Source: Octopus bimaculoides (Eukaryota). From it: a DNA stretch of 64,000 nucleotides. The translations under genes were made by a program, and so were the position numbers. Where the stretch lies: positions 15,300,978 to 15,364,977 of the forward strand of contig NC_069002.1 of assembly GCF_001194135.2 (NCBI RefSeq), read 5' to 3'. The notes under the pieces were generated by a model. That model did not search any database, had not been told where the DNA came from, and saw only the letters and a list, made by a program, of their open reading frames with translations. This document shows, piece by piece, positions 14,911 to 27,200 of the stretch. Position 1 is the first letter of the stretch. Every line of letters begins with the position of its first letter.

Positions 14911-17900
14911 TTGTGTGTCTGTGTTTGTCCCCCCAACATCGCTTGACAACTGATGCTGGTGTGTTTATGTCCCCGTAACTTAGCGGTTTGGCAAAAGAGA
15001 CCGATAGAATTAGTGCTAGGCATCCAAAGAATAAGTCCTGGGGTCGATTTGTTCGACTAAAGGCGGTGCTCCAGCATGGCCGCAGTCAAATGACTGAAAC
15101 AAGTTAAAGAGTAAAAAGAGTATATCAAATACAAATTTATATACAAATTTATGTTTATATAGAAAAAAGAAATTGGAATTAATTACCTTCTCTGCAATAT
15201 AACTCCGCAAGTTCATCTTTTGATGAGAGGAAATAATCAATGGCATCAGATACTCGGTATTTAGACAAGCGGCATTCTTTCTGTTTATCTGTATATTCAC
15301 TTGACATGCACACAAATCTAACTTCTTTTATGCAGTGCTGGCGGCAAATGTCTGCATTTGAAACATTGCCAATAATAAGTTTGTCATGGAAAGCAATCTT
15401 CTTTCCCGTTTGTACAGACCATAAGGGATTACATGGGACTGAAAGAAAAATTGAAATTAATAATTATGGAGAAAAATTTCAGGTTTTGAAGCAAGGTCTG
15501 AAATCAAAGGGCCTTAGAATCTAGCAAAAACCAAAGACATAGTAAGTTGTTGGCACTCCATTGGTTACGACGACGAGGGTTCCAGTTGATCCGATCAACG
15601 GAACAGCCTGCTCGTGAAATTAACGTGCAAGTGGCTGAGCACTCCACAGACACGTATACCCATAACGTAGTTCTCAGGGGAGATACAGCGTGACACAGAG
15701 TGTGACAACGCTGGCCCCTTTTGAAATACAGGTACAACAGAAACAGGAAGATAGAGTGAGAGGAAGTTGTGGTGAAAGAGTACAGCAGAGTTCGGCACCA
15801 TCCCCTGCCGGAGCCTCTTGGAGCTTTAGGTGTTTTCATTCAATAAACACTCACAACGCCCGGTCTGGGAATCGAAACATAGTAAGTAGGAAGCAGACAA
15901 ACTACAAATCCCTTCAGGTAGATGGCCCTGCTTGATATATAGAAAAGGATGCAGGTAGAAACTCCATAAGGTGTACTCAGTGCAAGCTATGGACACAAGA
16001 CAAGCAGCAATATTATTGTACATCTGTGTGGCAGATGTACAGATACAATAAGCGCTAGAAATGTATAGAAAATCGGTAACAAAGGACCTCTCCCTCAGAG
16101 TGTACGATGCCTGTGTGATGCCTGTTATGAGCTGTGACTGCCGAGGACATATGAAAGCTTGAAAGAAATGAAGCTAATATGCTTCACTGGATGTCCAATG
16201 TCAGTGTGCGTGTATGACAGAGTGTAAGCATCTTGAGAAAAAAGTTGGGCATAAGAGGTAACAGATATGGTGTACAAGAGAGACGACTGCACAAGTATGG
16301 TCACATAATATGTATGGATGAGGACCACTGCAACCTCTAACTGTGCAAGGAACCTCTGGAAGAGGTAGAACAGGTGGTGAAGCATGATCTTCAAATGTTA
16401 GGTCTCATGGAGGCAATGGCAAGTGATCAAGATTACTTGTGCTTGAGAAGACTCATCAAGACAAGTGAAATTGTAGTCATGGCCAGTGCTTGTGACACAT
16501 AAGAGGCACATGTGCCATTGAGATGTAAAGGCATCACCTGTGCCAGTGAGATGTAAAGGCATCCACTACACTCTGTTGAGTGGCTGGAGTTAGGAAGGGC
16601 ATCCAGCTGTAGATACCATACCAAATCAGACTAGAATCTGATGCAGTTCTCTGGCTTACTCGTTTCAGTCTAACCATTTAACCCATGCCAGCACGGAAAA
16701 CAGACACTAAATAATGATGATGATGATGATAATAATACACCATAGAGCAATATTCATCATCATCATCATCATCGTTTAACGTCCGCTTTCCATGCTAGCA
16801 TGGGTTGGACGATTTGACTGAGGGCTGGTGAACCAGATGGCTACACCAGGCTCTAATCTGATCTGGCAGTTTCTACAGCTGGATGCCCTTCCTAACACCA
16901 GATGCCCTTCCTAACGCCAAGAAGCCCTTCCTAATGCCAGACGCCCTTCCTAATGCCAGATGCCCTTCCTAACGCCAAGATGCCCTTCCTAACGCCAAGA
17001 TGCCCTTCCTAACGCCAGATGCCCTTCCTAACGCCAAGATGCCCTTCCTAACGCCAGATGCCCTTCCTAACGCCAGATGCCCTTCCTAATGCCAGATGCC
17101 CTTCCTAACGCCAAGAAATAAGTTATTATTTCAGCTGACTCCCAGTTTTCAAAAGAATTATTACAGTGGAATTGAGGTATACAGTATTGTTGATTTATTA
17201 CAGCTGATCTTACCAATCAATTTTGCACAGGATATCAAGTAATCAGATGGTTATCTAATAACTGAGCTTGTCAGGATTGGCTACTATGGAAAAAAAATAG
17301 TGATTGCTCTCTGTTGCTGGAGGTAAGAATGTGTTACATTTGGTTCATGGAAGCTGCAGAAAAAGGTGAAACAAAGTCGCAGGATGCAAGAGATGGCTTT
17401 TATTAAGAGTTATCTCCCCACTCTCCCGTCCACCTCAGACACCAATCCAAATTAGTGATGACTGGCAGCAAATGTAGGGTTTGGGTACAGGCAGTGTGGA
17501 GTGGGTTTGTGTGTAGGTGGTTTCACAGGGGTGATTTTGCACTCACCCAAACCGTTGGTCTCGTGTTGGTACATCTGTGTATGTATGTTTATGTGTATAT
17601 GGCTTGCTGCTGACAAAACTCTGCTAGGCTCCTCCTCAATGGAACAGCCTGCTCGTAAAATTAACGTGCAAGTGGCTGAGCACTCCACAGACACGTGTAC
17701 CCTTAACGTAGTTCTCGGGGATATTCAGCGTGACACAGTGTGACAAGGCTGACCCTTTGAATTACAGGCACAACAGAAACAGGAAGTAAGAGTGAGAGAA
17801 AGTTGTGGTGGAAGAGTACAGCAGGGTTCGCCACCATCCCCTGCCGGAGCCTCATGGAGCTTTTGGTGTTTTCGCTCAATAAACACTCACAACGCCCGGT

Positions 17901-20167
17901 CTGGGAATTGAAACCACGATTCTATGACCGTGAATCCGCTGCCCTAACCACTGGCCATTACACCTCCTCAAGGATGCACAGGACAAAGGAGCAAAAACAC
18001 AGAGCACAAACAGAACAACAGAGTATGCACAGACAGAAATAACACAAGAGAGAAAATGTAATAGTTTGATGGTTTGCTTTGTTGTTGGTCAGAGTTTTAT
18101 GCCATACACATTTGTTCAGATAATGTAATGCTTTTAACAGTCAACATTCTCAGGAGTTACAAAACAAAAATCATCCGAGCATCTACCAATAACTTTATAC
18201 TTTATACCATGTATTGAGTACTTTATCTTTTATTGGTGAACAAATGAGATAGAGACAGATATATAAGTTCTTTTTAAGCAGAAAATATATGAAACAAATT
18301 CATTTTTCTTGTCATTCTTAATTGTTTAATTGAAAGTGGCGAGCTGGCAGAAATGCTTAGCCTTATTTCATCTGTCTTTACGTTCTGAGATCAAATTCCG
18401 CCAAGGTTGACTTTGCCTTTGAGCCTTTCGATCTAGTACTGAGGTTAATCTAATTGACTGGCCCCTCCCCCAAAATTTCGAGCCTTGTACCTAGAGTAGA
18501 AAAGATTCTTAATTGTTCAATGAATTCTTTCCTTTCCCTGTCATATTTCAATTGACATTGCTTCAAATCCTTTGTAAAAATTAAACAACTTTATTTTACT
18601 TGGTAAAGACTAATATAGAGAGCCAGTTGAAAAACTCAATCATCTGAGACTATCCAAGCAATTAGGAGACATAACTCCCTCTTTTTATATAAGCAAACAA
18701 GGGAGACAACTGCAGTAAGATATTTCTGGAGAACATTGACAATGTAGATTGAAAGAGATTGTAATAAAGATGAGCCAAAGAAGGTGACCTTTGCATAAGG
18801 ATTTAGCAAGCTAGAAACAGCAGTCAAATCACCTTTAAGTCTCACACTACTAGTTTTAAAATACACAGAATATCATTGTCCATGACCAATGGCCATAGGT
18901 AAAAACGTCTTTGATTGTATGTCTGCTTAAATAGAATTCACCTGTAACAACAACAACAACCACCTTAACAAATGAGACTGTTTACAGTTGCTTGACAGGC
19001 TTGCAAAACACAGCAGCCAAATCTCTCTTCTGTATCATACTCTGTGAAGGCATATGGTTCAGTGGTTAGAGTGTTGGACTCACAATCGTGAGGTAATGAG
19101 TACAATTCCTGGATTAGGCTGTGTATTGTGTTCTTGAGCAAGACACTTTATTTCATGTTGCTCCAGTTCACTCAGCTGTAGAAATGAGTTGTGACATCAC
19201 TGGTGCCAAGCTGCATTGGCCTTTGCTTTTCCCTTGGATAACATTGGTGGCTTGGAGAGGGGAAACTGGTATGCATCGGCGACTGCTGGTCTTCCATAAA
19301 CAACCTTACCTGGACTTATGCTTCGGAGGGGAACTTTCTAGGTACAATCTCATAGTCATTCATGACCAACAAGGTCTTTACCTATCATGCTCTATCATCT
19401 TAAAGAATGGAAAGACAGTGGATAATTGTCTAGATGCACAATGTACAGTAAAGTAAATGGTAAGGTCTAGAATACATTTCATTATAATTCTTCTCAATCA
19501 TGGCTGACCTAGGGATCAAAAACAACAATAATAACAGCAACATCAGTAATGCTATTTTTTTTTGTAAAAAATTTGGTGAAAATTTGTGCAATTGTGGTGA
19601 AATTCTAATATACCTTGAGCTTTTGACCAATTTGTTGCATTCTGAGATGGGTTACATTCAAATTCAGAGAATGGAAAACTTTTTTCCTTTGCCATATAGC
19701 ATTCACCTTTGATAATACAAGTGTCATTCTGCAAAAAGAAAAACAAAAAAAACTTGAACTTTGATTTTCTATATCAATGTCACAGAAATTATTAAATTTT
19801 GATATACACTATTCATTTGTCTTGAGTATGACTTTAAATTACATCTGGTAGTAGGGTCCTGGTTTGTGAATTTAGGGTTTTCATGAGTGTGGAACTATCC
19901 CTTAGCTTCTATTGTTTCCAGGTCTATTCTGATCCAGTGTAGTAGCACCTGTCTGAATCTCAGTTACAGGATAATTAGCATGTGTTATGGAAAAAAACTC
20001 CAAGCACAAACCCTCACAGCTTTTTGAGTGTCTTGAGAAGGCCAGGGGAGTAAACCTTGACAGGATATAGAGAAGCAGAGACCTTCTGTTTGTTCAAGTG
20101 TCTTCTGCTATAATCTCAGGCTGACCAAAGCCTTGTGAGTGGATTTGATAGACAAAAGCTGAAAGAA

Positions 20168-20223
<56 letters not shown>

Positions 20224-23200
20224 AGTGTGTGTGTGTGTGTNNNNNNNNNNNNNNNNNNNNNNNNNNNNNNNNNNNNNNNNNNNNNNNNNNNNNNNNNNNN
20301 NNNNNNNNNNNNNNNNNNNNNNNNNNNNNNNNNNNNNNNNNNNNNNNNNNNNNNNNNNNNNNNNNNNNNNNNNNNNNNNNNNNNNNNNNNNNNNNNNNNN
20401 NNNNNNNNNNNNNNNNNNNNNNNNNNNNNNNNNNNNNNNNNNNNNNNNNNNNNNNNNNNNNNNNNNNNNNNNNNNNNNNNNNNNNNNNNNNNNNNNNNNN
20501 NNNNNNNNNNNNNNNNNNNNNNNNNNNNNNNNNNNNNNNNNNNNNNNNNNNNNATAAGAAATATATCAATATCAATTACACAGTAGACAACTGTTCATGA
20601 GTGAAGGATATTAATTTTTGTTTGTACACAATATTTATTGATTATTGAATATTATGACTGATTGTTAACAAAGACAGTAGAGGATATTGTTATATACAGT
20701 TGCTGGGAAGATTCCATCTAAGACTACAACATTAGTCAGATAAAGAAATGCCACTACATTACACATGCAACTCCTTCCCCCCCCCCAAAAAAAAGGACCT
20801 GAAGTTCTTTTAATCCAATCTTTTAGATATTTTTTTATTCTTCTACTTGTTTCAGACATTTAACTCTGTGTTCAATGATCAGAGACCTAAGTTCTGAACA
20901 ACAACAACAACAACAACATGCACAACAACAATCAAACATAATTACCTTCTGCATGCATGTTTCAAGCTCTACATCACAGTCGAGACATATAGGGTTGAAA
21001 CTCATAAATGTTTTGAAGTTACTTGTTTTATTTCGATTGAAGCCAACTGCCACTCTGAAATAGCCTTTAGATGGTAGGGGACATTTCACTTCATTATAAC
21101 TTGCAAATATAGCCTTTTTTGTCATATTAGAAACTGTAGTAGCACCACCAGGCTTCAACTGTAATGGAAAACAAGAAGATTACATGATAAAATATATTAT
21201 CGCTTTTAATCAAAAATACAAAATATTGACCTTAATTTTAATACCTAATGTCACATCTAAGAAATTAGCTAAAGAAATATCGTTTTCATAAATGATATTC
21301 ATCCCTATTCTATGAAAAAATCTAGCCAATCTACCTTTAATTCTCTGTAATTGTTGGTTAGAGCTATTCCTAATATATAGAAGGCAATCATGCCTATATA
21401 GACTCCACCCTAATCATAGGAAATTGATCATCCAATTCATAAAGAATAAAAGAACCTACCATATCAGCTATTTGTGCGGAGTCCGAACTCCCCGTGGGGA
21501 CATCGAAAGCATCTGGTGTATCCTTACGTATCCATACTTTATCATTAAAACTAATAAAAGACTTCCTAGCAGCTAATATCACTTTAATTTTTTCTCTAGT
21601 AAGCCCTGCCTTATTATGAAAAAAACCATAGTGCCTTATTCAATATGATCGGGTTAATGGATGTATAAAAATTAGTTATATCAAATTGAATGAATTTAGT
21701 ATTTTTCTTGTTCTCAATAGAATTAAACCACCCGATGACTTGGTCTGTATTCGACCACATATTTAACTTCAACTTATCAACTATAGTAGTTATGTACTTA
21801 TTCATAATATTTTTACTCAGTATTCCTACATATCTTTTTTACAGAAATTTTGATAGTAAATAAATGAGTTTTATTTTGATGAGAAACAAAACCAAACCAA
21901 GACAGATTGATTCAATTATCTCTGAACCTGGAATATTATTTGTAGCTATATTACTGCCTGTTCAGAAAACAAGTTAACAAGAAAATTGCAACCTAATCAC
22001 TCTTAAACCAGTACCCTGATATCTTTGAAGGAAAGTAAAATAATGCATTGGAGCTGTAGCCATAGATACACTTTGTTGCAAACAAAAAGATATTGAAGTC
22101 TCAAGTGCAAAGCTTTCGATTAAAGAGAAGATTTACAGACACATTCTACCCTTCTCTGTGAGTGTTGCTCAATGTTTTGCCAGCCGCTACAATTTTGCCG
22201 AACAACAACAGTCTATGTCAGACGTTATTGTTTCGAAATGTCAGTACCCTAACGTAGATCACTTGGCAAGCATTGACATCATTGGAAGAGACATACAACA
22301 TGAAATTGAGGACATAGTAAAACTAATGAGGTAAGAAAAATTTCAGGTGTGAAATTCTTGCCAGCTGTGGCCACTTCTAGAAGAAATATTTGGTTTTTAT
22401 GCCTTTAACCCCAGGAAGGGGAAAGAGAAAGATGAAACCAGTAATATTTTAATTCAGTGCATAGGGTGTAGAACTTAGTACCAAAACACCAATTATTTCT
22501 AATTATTCTTCTTTAAAGATCCTTGATTTAAATATGTTGACACTAACTCACCTATTGTTTTTCAGTTCAGAATCATTTGATTTCTAAACCATACAATCTC
22601 AAGTGAGGCCCTCAAAGGGTTATTTCCCTCCCATCTGGTACAGTGTTGTTGCTGTAGCACAGGCAAACATCCTACATTGCATCTAGAGAAAGGCAACTTG
22701 ACTATTGGCATAAAGTCGCTTCTATACATGCCCCAACCTCTGGCTCACAAGTGTGCTGTCTCCTCTCCTAGACATTTCAGCTGCTGCTATAACGGTCTCT
22801 GTTCCTCAGAGCTCACTGCTATCATGCTACCTTCCCACTCATGCATCTTTTGATCTTTTGTTCACCATGTTAAGTTCAAATCCCACCAAAATCCATATGA
22901 ACCACTGTAAGTGTTTTTTCTTACCAGAATCTCCACACTGTTCATATCTTTCCTGCAAGTATTGAGTGCATATCATTAGCAACATCAATTTTACCAATAT
23001 CAGAAGACCTACGAAGGTCATAGTCAGAACCCTTTCTTACAGACACAGCAGGTAAAAACAAATTCTATTTTCCTCCATCAATAAATGTACAGTCTTGTGC
23101 ATTTACTCAGTGACTTATCCATAAAAATGACAGCACAAACAGTAAATGCTAAGCATCACTAATGAGGCTATAATAAGATCAAAACATGTTTGAAATGGCT

Positions 23201-24184
23201 CTCATATTTTTTAAATTTCTTTATTACCCACCAGGGGCTAAACATAGAGGGGACAAACAAAAATAGACATCGACCCCAGTTCAAAACTGGTACTTATTTT
23301 ATTGACCCCGAAAGGATGAAAGGCAAAGTCAACCTCGGCGGAAAAGTAGTTCTCATATTTGTATGAAAAATAAAAATAATGCTGGATACTGACAAATATT
23401 GCTTTTCTTTTAACAATTATTTACTTTTAGTTTGAGTTAAGTGCATCTCATTAAGTATTAATAATAAATGTAAAGATAACCCAATTACTTTCTATAAAAT
23501 CAATGCCATCAGGTATTGAATTCTGAAATTGGTGCAAACAGCACAGTTTGGAGCAAAAAAGACAGTTGCTTAAATTACTTGCAGTTTTTAAGTGTTAACC
23601 TATTTTATCAAACCCCTTAAATATGAAACACAAAATTGACTTTAGAGATATTTGGTTTCAGAATCTTACAGGTATATAATTAAATATAGGAAGGTATTTT
23701 GATCAAATGTTAGATTGATTTCATAAATTCATCTGTCCTCAATGAACCAACTGATTGACAAACTAGTAAAATGACTTCATATATAAATTATAATGTAGGA
23801 AATAGTTACTTATCAAAACTGAGTTAAAAGCTCACCTGTAGTTGTGATATGTGGCATTCAGTTTGGTTTTCCAAAAATGGGCCACCATATACTGACACCC
23901 ATGTGCAAGAATTTCCTTCAAGATCATGACAAATGCCATTATTTTGAAGATATGTAATTTGTGGTGCCATTTCCAAGTTCACAGAACAGTCATCTCCAGC
24001 ATATGGTGCATTGCATTGACAGTTTCCTGTTGATAAGAGAAAAGAATTTCACATGTGAACTTATGGGATTGATTTTTATAACATGAATGAAAGAAAGCTT
24101 GGTTGATAGCTAACTAAAAAGACAAACAAATGGATGGATAGATGGATGGATGGATCTATCTATCTATCTATCTATCTATCTATA

Positions 24185-24224
<40 letters not shown>

Positions 24225-27200
24225 CAAAAGAGATAACAAAGCCAAGGGTGTGAGGAGTTTTCAGGACATTTATAAGGAAAGAGATATAGATATAGTCTTA
24301 CAGCCATTTCTGGGATATTATGGATATCCTTTATCAGAGAGGATGTAAGATGGTTAAATAGAGGTTAATGTTTGAGTTCGAAATAAGGAATTATTGTGGA
24401 AAAGGAAGATATAGGGAATATAGAGGGAAATAGAAGAATGAAAGTAGAAATGAAATATAAAACATTGTAGTTGCAGTTCCATTATTTGAGTAAAGTGGTG
24501 TATAGAAGTGGTAAAAAAAGTTTTCTGTAAATGGTATGTAAGTTCCAATAGTAGTTCATGTTTAGTCACTTCTAAGTGTGGAGCCGTGGATTCTGTGTTG
24601 CTCATTCAATTACCAATATAGAATAGTGGACTTGTAAAAACATTGGACACTTTATGGTATTTTCTCCTGTTCTGAGTTCAATCCCTATTTGGGTGATTTA
24701 TTTAACACTACCATTTGGCCCTTGGGGGCCTTTAATGTTAAAGCTGAGTCTCTAGCTGATGGTGCCCTCCTCCCTCCCATCCTATAGAGGGTCTGTCCTT
24801 AGATTATCTTAATTTGATGCAATCAGTCTAGAAAAATATGTAGGTAGTCCCCTTTTGAGGCCATTACAAACCTTTTTCACAATTTCCATTATCAGAACAA
24901 TCATTGGGGCATATACTGGCCATGGCTTCAATTAATCTTCGATCTTCTTGTTGTCCAAGCACCATGCGATGCAATCTTCTGTTGCAACGAAGCAGCATAG
25001 ACTCCAACATTATTGGAGCCCATTTCGCATCTTTTGTAATCTGAAAAAAGAAGCGAAGCAATTTTAAAAAGAGAGAAAAGAAAACTTTATAAAATAACAT
25101 TCAAAGAAATATTCAGCAATATATATTGAATATGATAATCCCCAGAAGTTAACAGAGGCGTAGGAGTGGCTGTGTGGTAAGTAACTTGCTTACCAACCAC
25201 ATGGTTCTGGGTTCAGTCCCACTGCGTGGCACCTTGGGCAAGTGTCTTCTACAATAGTCTCAGGCCGACCAAAGCCTTGTGAGTGGATTTGGTAGATGGA
25301 AATTGAAAGAAGCCCGTCGTATATATGTATCTATATATATATATGTGTGTGTATATATATATATGTATTTGTGCATGTATGTGTTTGTGTGTCTGTGTTT
25401 GTCCCTGCCAACATCGCTTGACAACCAATGCTGGTGTGCTTACGTCCCTGTAACTTAGTGGTTCAGCAAAAGAGACTGATAGAATAAGTACTAGGCTTAC
25501 AAAGAATAAGTCCTGGGGTCGATTTGCTCAACTAAAGGTGGTGCTCCAGCATGGCCACAGTCAAATGACTGAAACAAGTAAAAGAGTAAAGAGCTTCTTT
25601 TGGCCAAACAACTTAATCTGAAGCATAGTGTACAGAATAAAAACAGGACTGCAAAATTTAAGGAAGCTGTCGCCTCTGCTGACAGCACAAGGATTCTCTA
25701 TTCAAACAAAGTGTAAATTTTTATGTGTGTGTATGAGCATTGAACACAAGGTTTGCAAGGCTGGAAAGAAAGGAAGCAAGCATGCTTCATTGAATGTGTA
25801 ATGTTGGTTGTGTGAGTGAATAGAAATGAACAAAGGAAATTAGTGAAAAACAGGATATAGGAGTAATCAGATATAAGAAAGACAACTGCATTGATAGACA
25901 TGAAATGCATCTGGATGATGGCAATTGGGTAAAAAAATTGACAAGATCCAAGTGAAAAGAAACAGTGGAAGAATAATACTGAGAAGAGGTCATGGGCTGA
26001 AGTGATTAAAACTGATCTCAGGATGTTAAACCTCACAGAGAGGATACAGGAGTGCAACAAGTGGTTGGAGGCTGCGTTGGAGAAGGTCATACAAACATGA
26101 AAAAATAGGTAAACATGCTGAGGAGGATAATTATTAGAATATTATATAAATAGGAATTTTGTCTGGTTGAGATGACTGAGGATTCAATTCCAAGTGGGTT
26201 GTTTTATATTATGTACTGTTTAATCCTTTAGAATTTAAGCCAGCCATATCCAGCCATATCCAGCCAAAGTATTCAGCTAGTTTTATGTTCAAACTGGCCA
26301 GATCTGGTCTCTCACACCAACCCTACAATATCATTTTAAAAATTAATGGTTGCTTCATCAAAATCCCATAACTACAAGATGAAGCATAATTCATTCAACA
26401 TGAATAAAAAAAAAGCATTAAGTTTGGCAGATTAATGTGAAAAGAATTAAAGTGGTAGCTTAGACTAGAGTAGTAAAATTTTTTTTAAAATTCATCTAGG
26501 AAACTAATAATGGTCTGCATGAACAAGAATTCTATCTTGAAATGTGAGAGGTCAGATAAGTTTATCTGTTGCTGGAGAAGCAGATTCTGACAAATCAATA
26601 CCAATGTTACATTGATGAGGGAAAAAGAGTCTGCTTGCAGCTGCAGTATCTCCACTACTGTGTCCACCATTACCATCGTCGTCATCACCACCACCAACAA
26701 CAACAACATCACCAAGATCATCATCATCATCAACTGTGTCTATTGAGCACTTTCTGACCTTAGATTGTCTTTCAACGATAGGAATGAAAATTCCTTTAAG
26801 TTTGCAGCTCTTTTGTTTTTCTCAGTCCATTCAGAAAAGCTTATTTGACAACAATGATGGACGATCAAGGTGGGATCAGAAAGAATAGAGGTAGAATAAA
26901 TATCACAAGCCAACTTCGTGAAGAATTCCACCAATTTGATTAAATTAACGAAGTAAGAAAAGATGAAAGTCAAAGTTAACTTCAGTAGGATTTAAACTCC
27001 AAACCCAGTGAGAGAGAACAAACAACCACAAGGTATTTCATATAACTTTCAAACGAATTTATCAACAGTTATATCAGGTGAAAAGCCAGTCTCACAAAAT
27101 TAGCTTTCTCTTCTCCCCATGGCAAGAAAACTTACCCAACCTCATCAACTTCTCTGAATAAAGTAACTTTAATTAGATATTGCAAGGAGCATGGCTCAGT

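Noticed and set aside
16882-17114. Regular short repeats resembling a CRISPR array
   Set aside because: No spacers, no cas genes, eukaryotic intron; the unit derives from a retroposon core.
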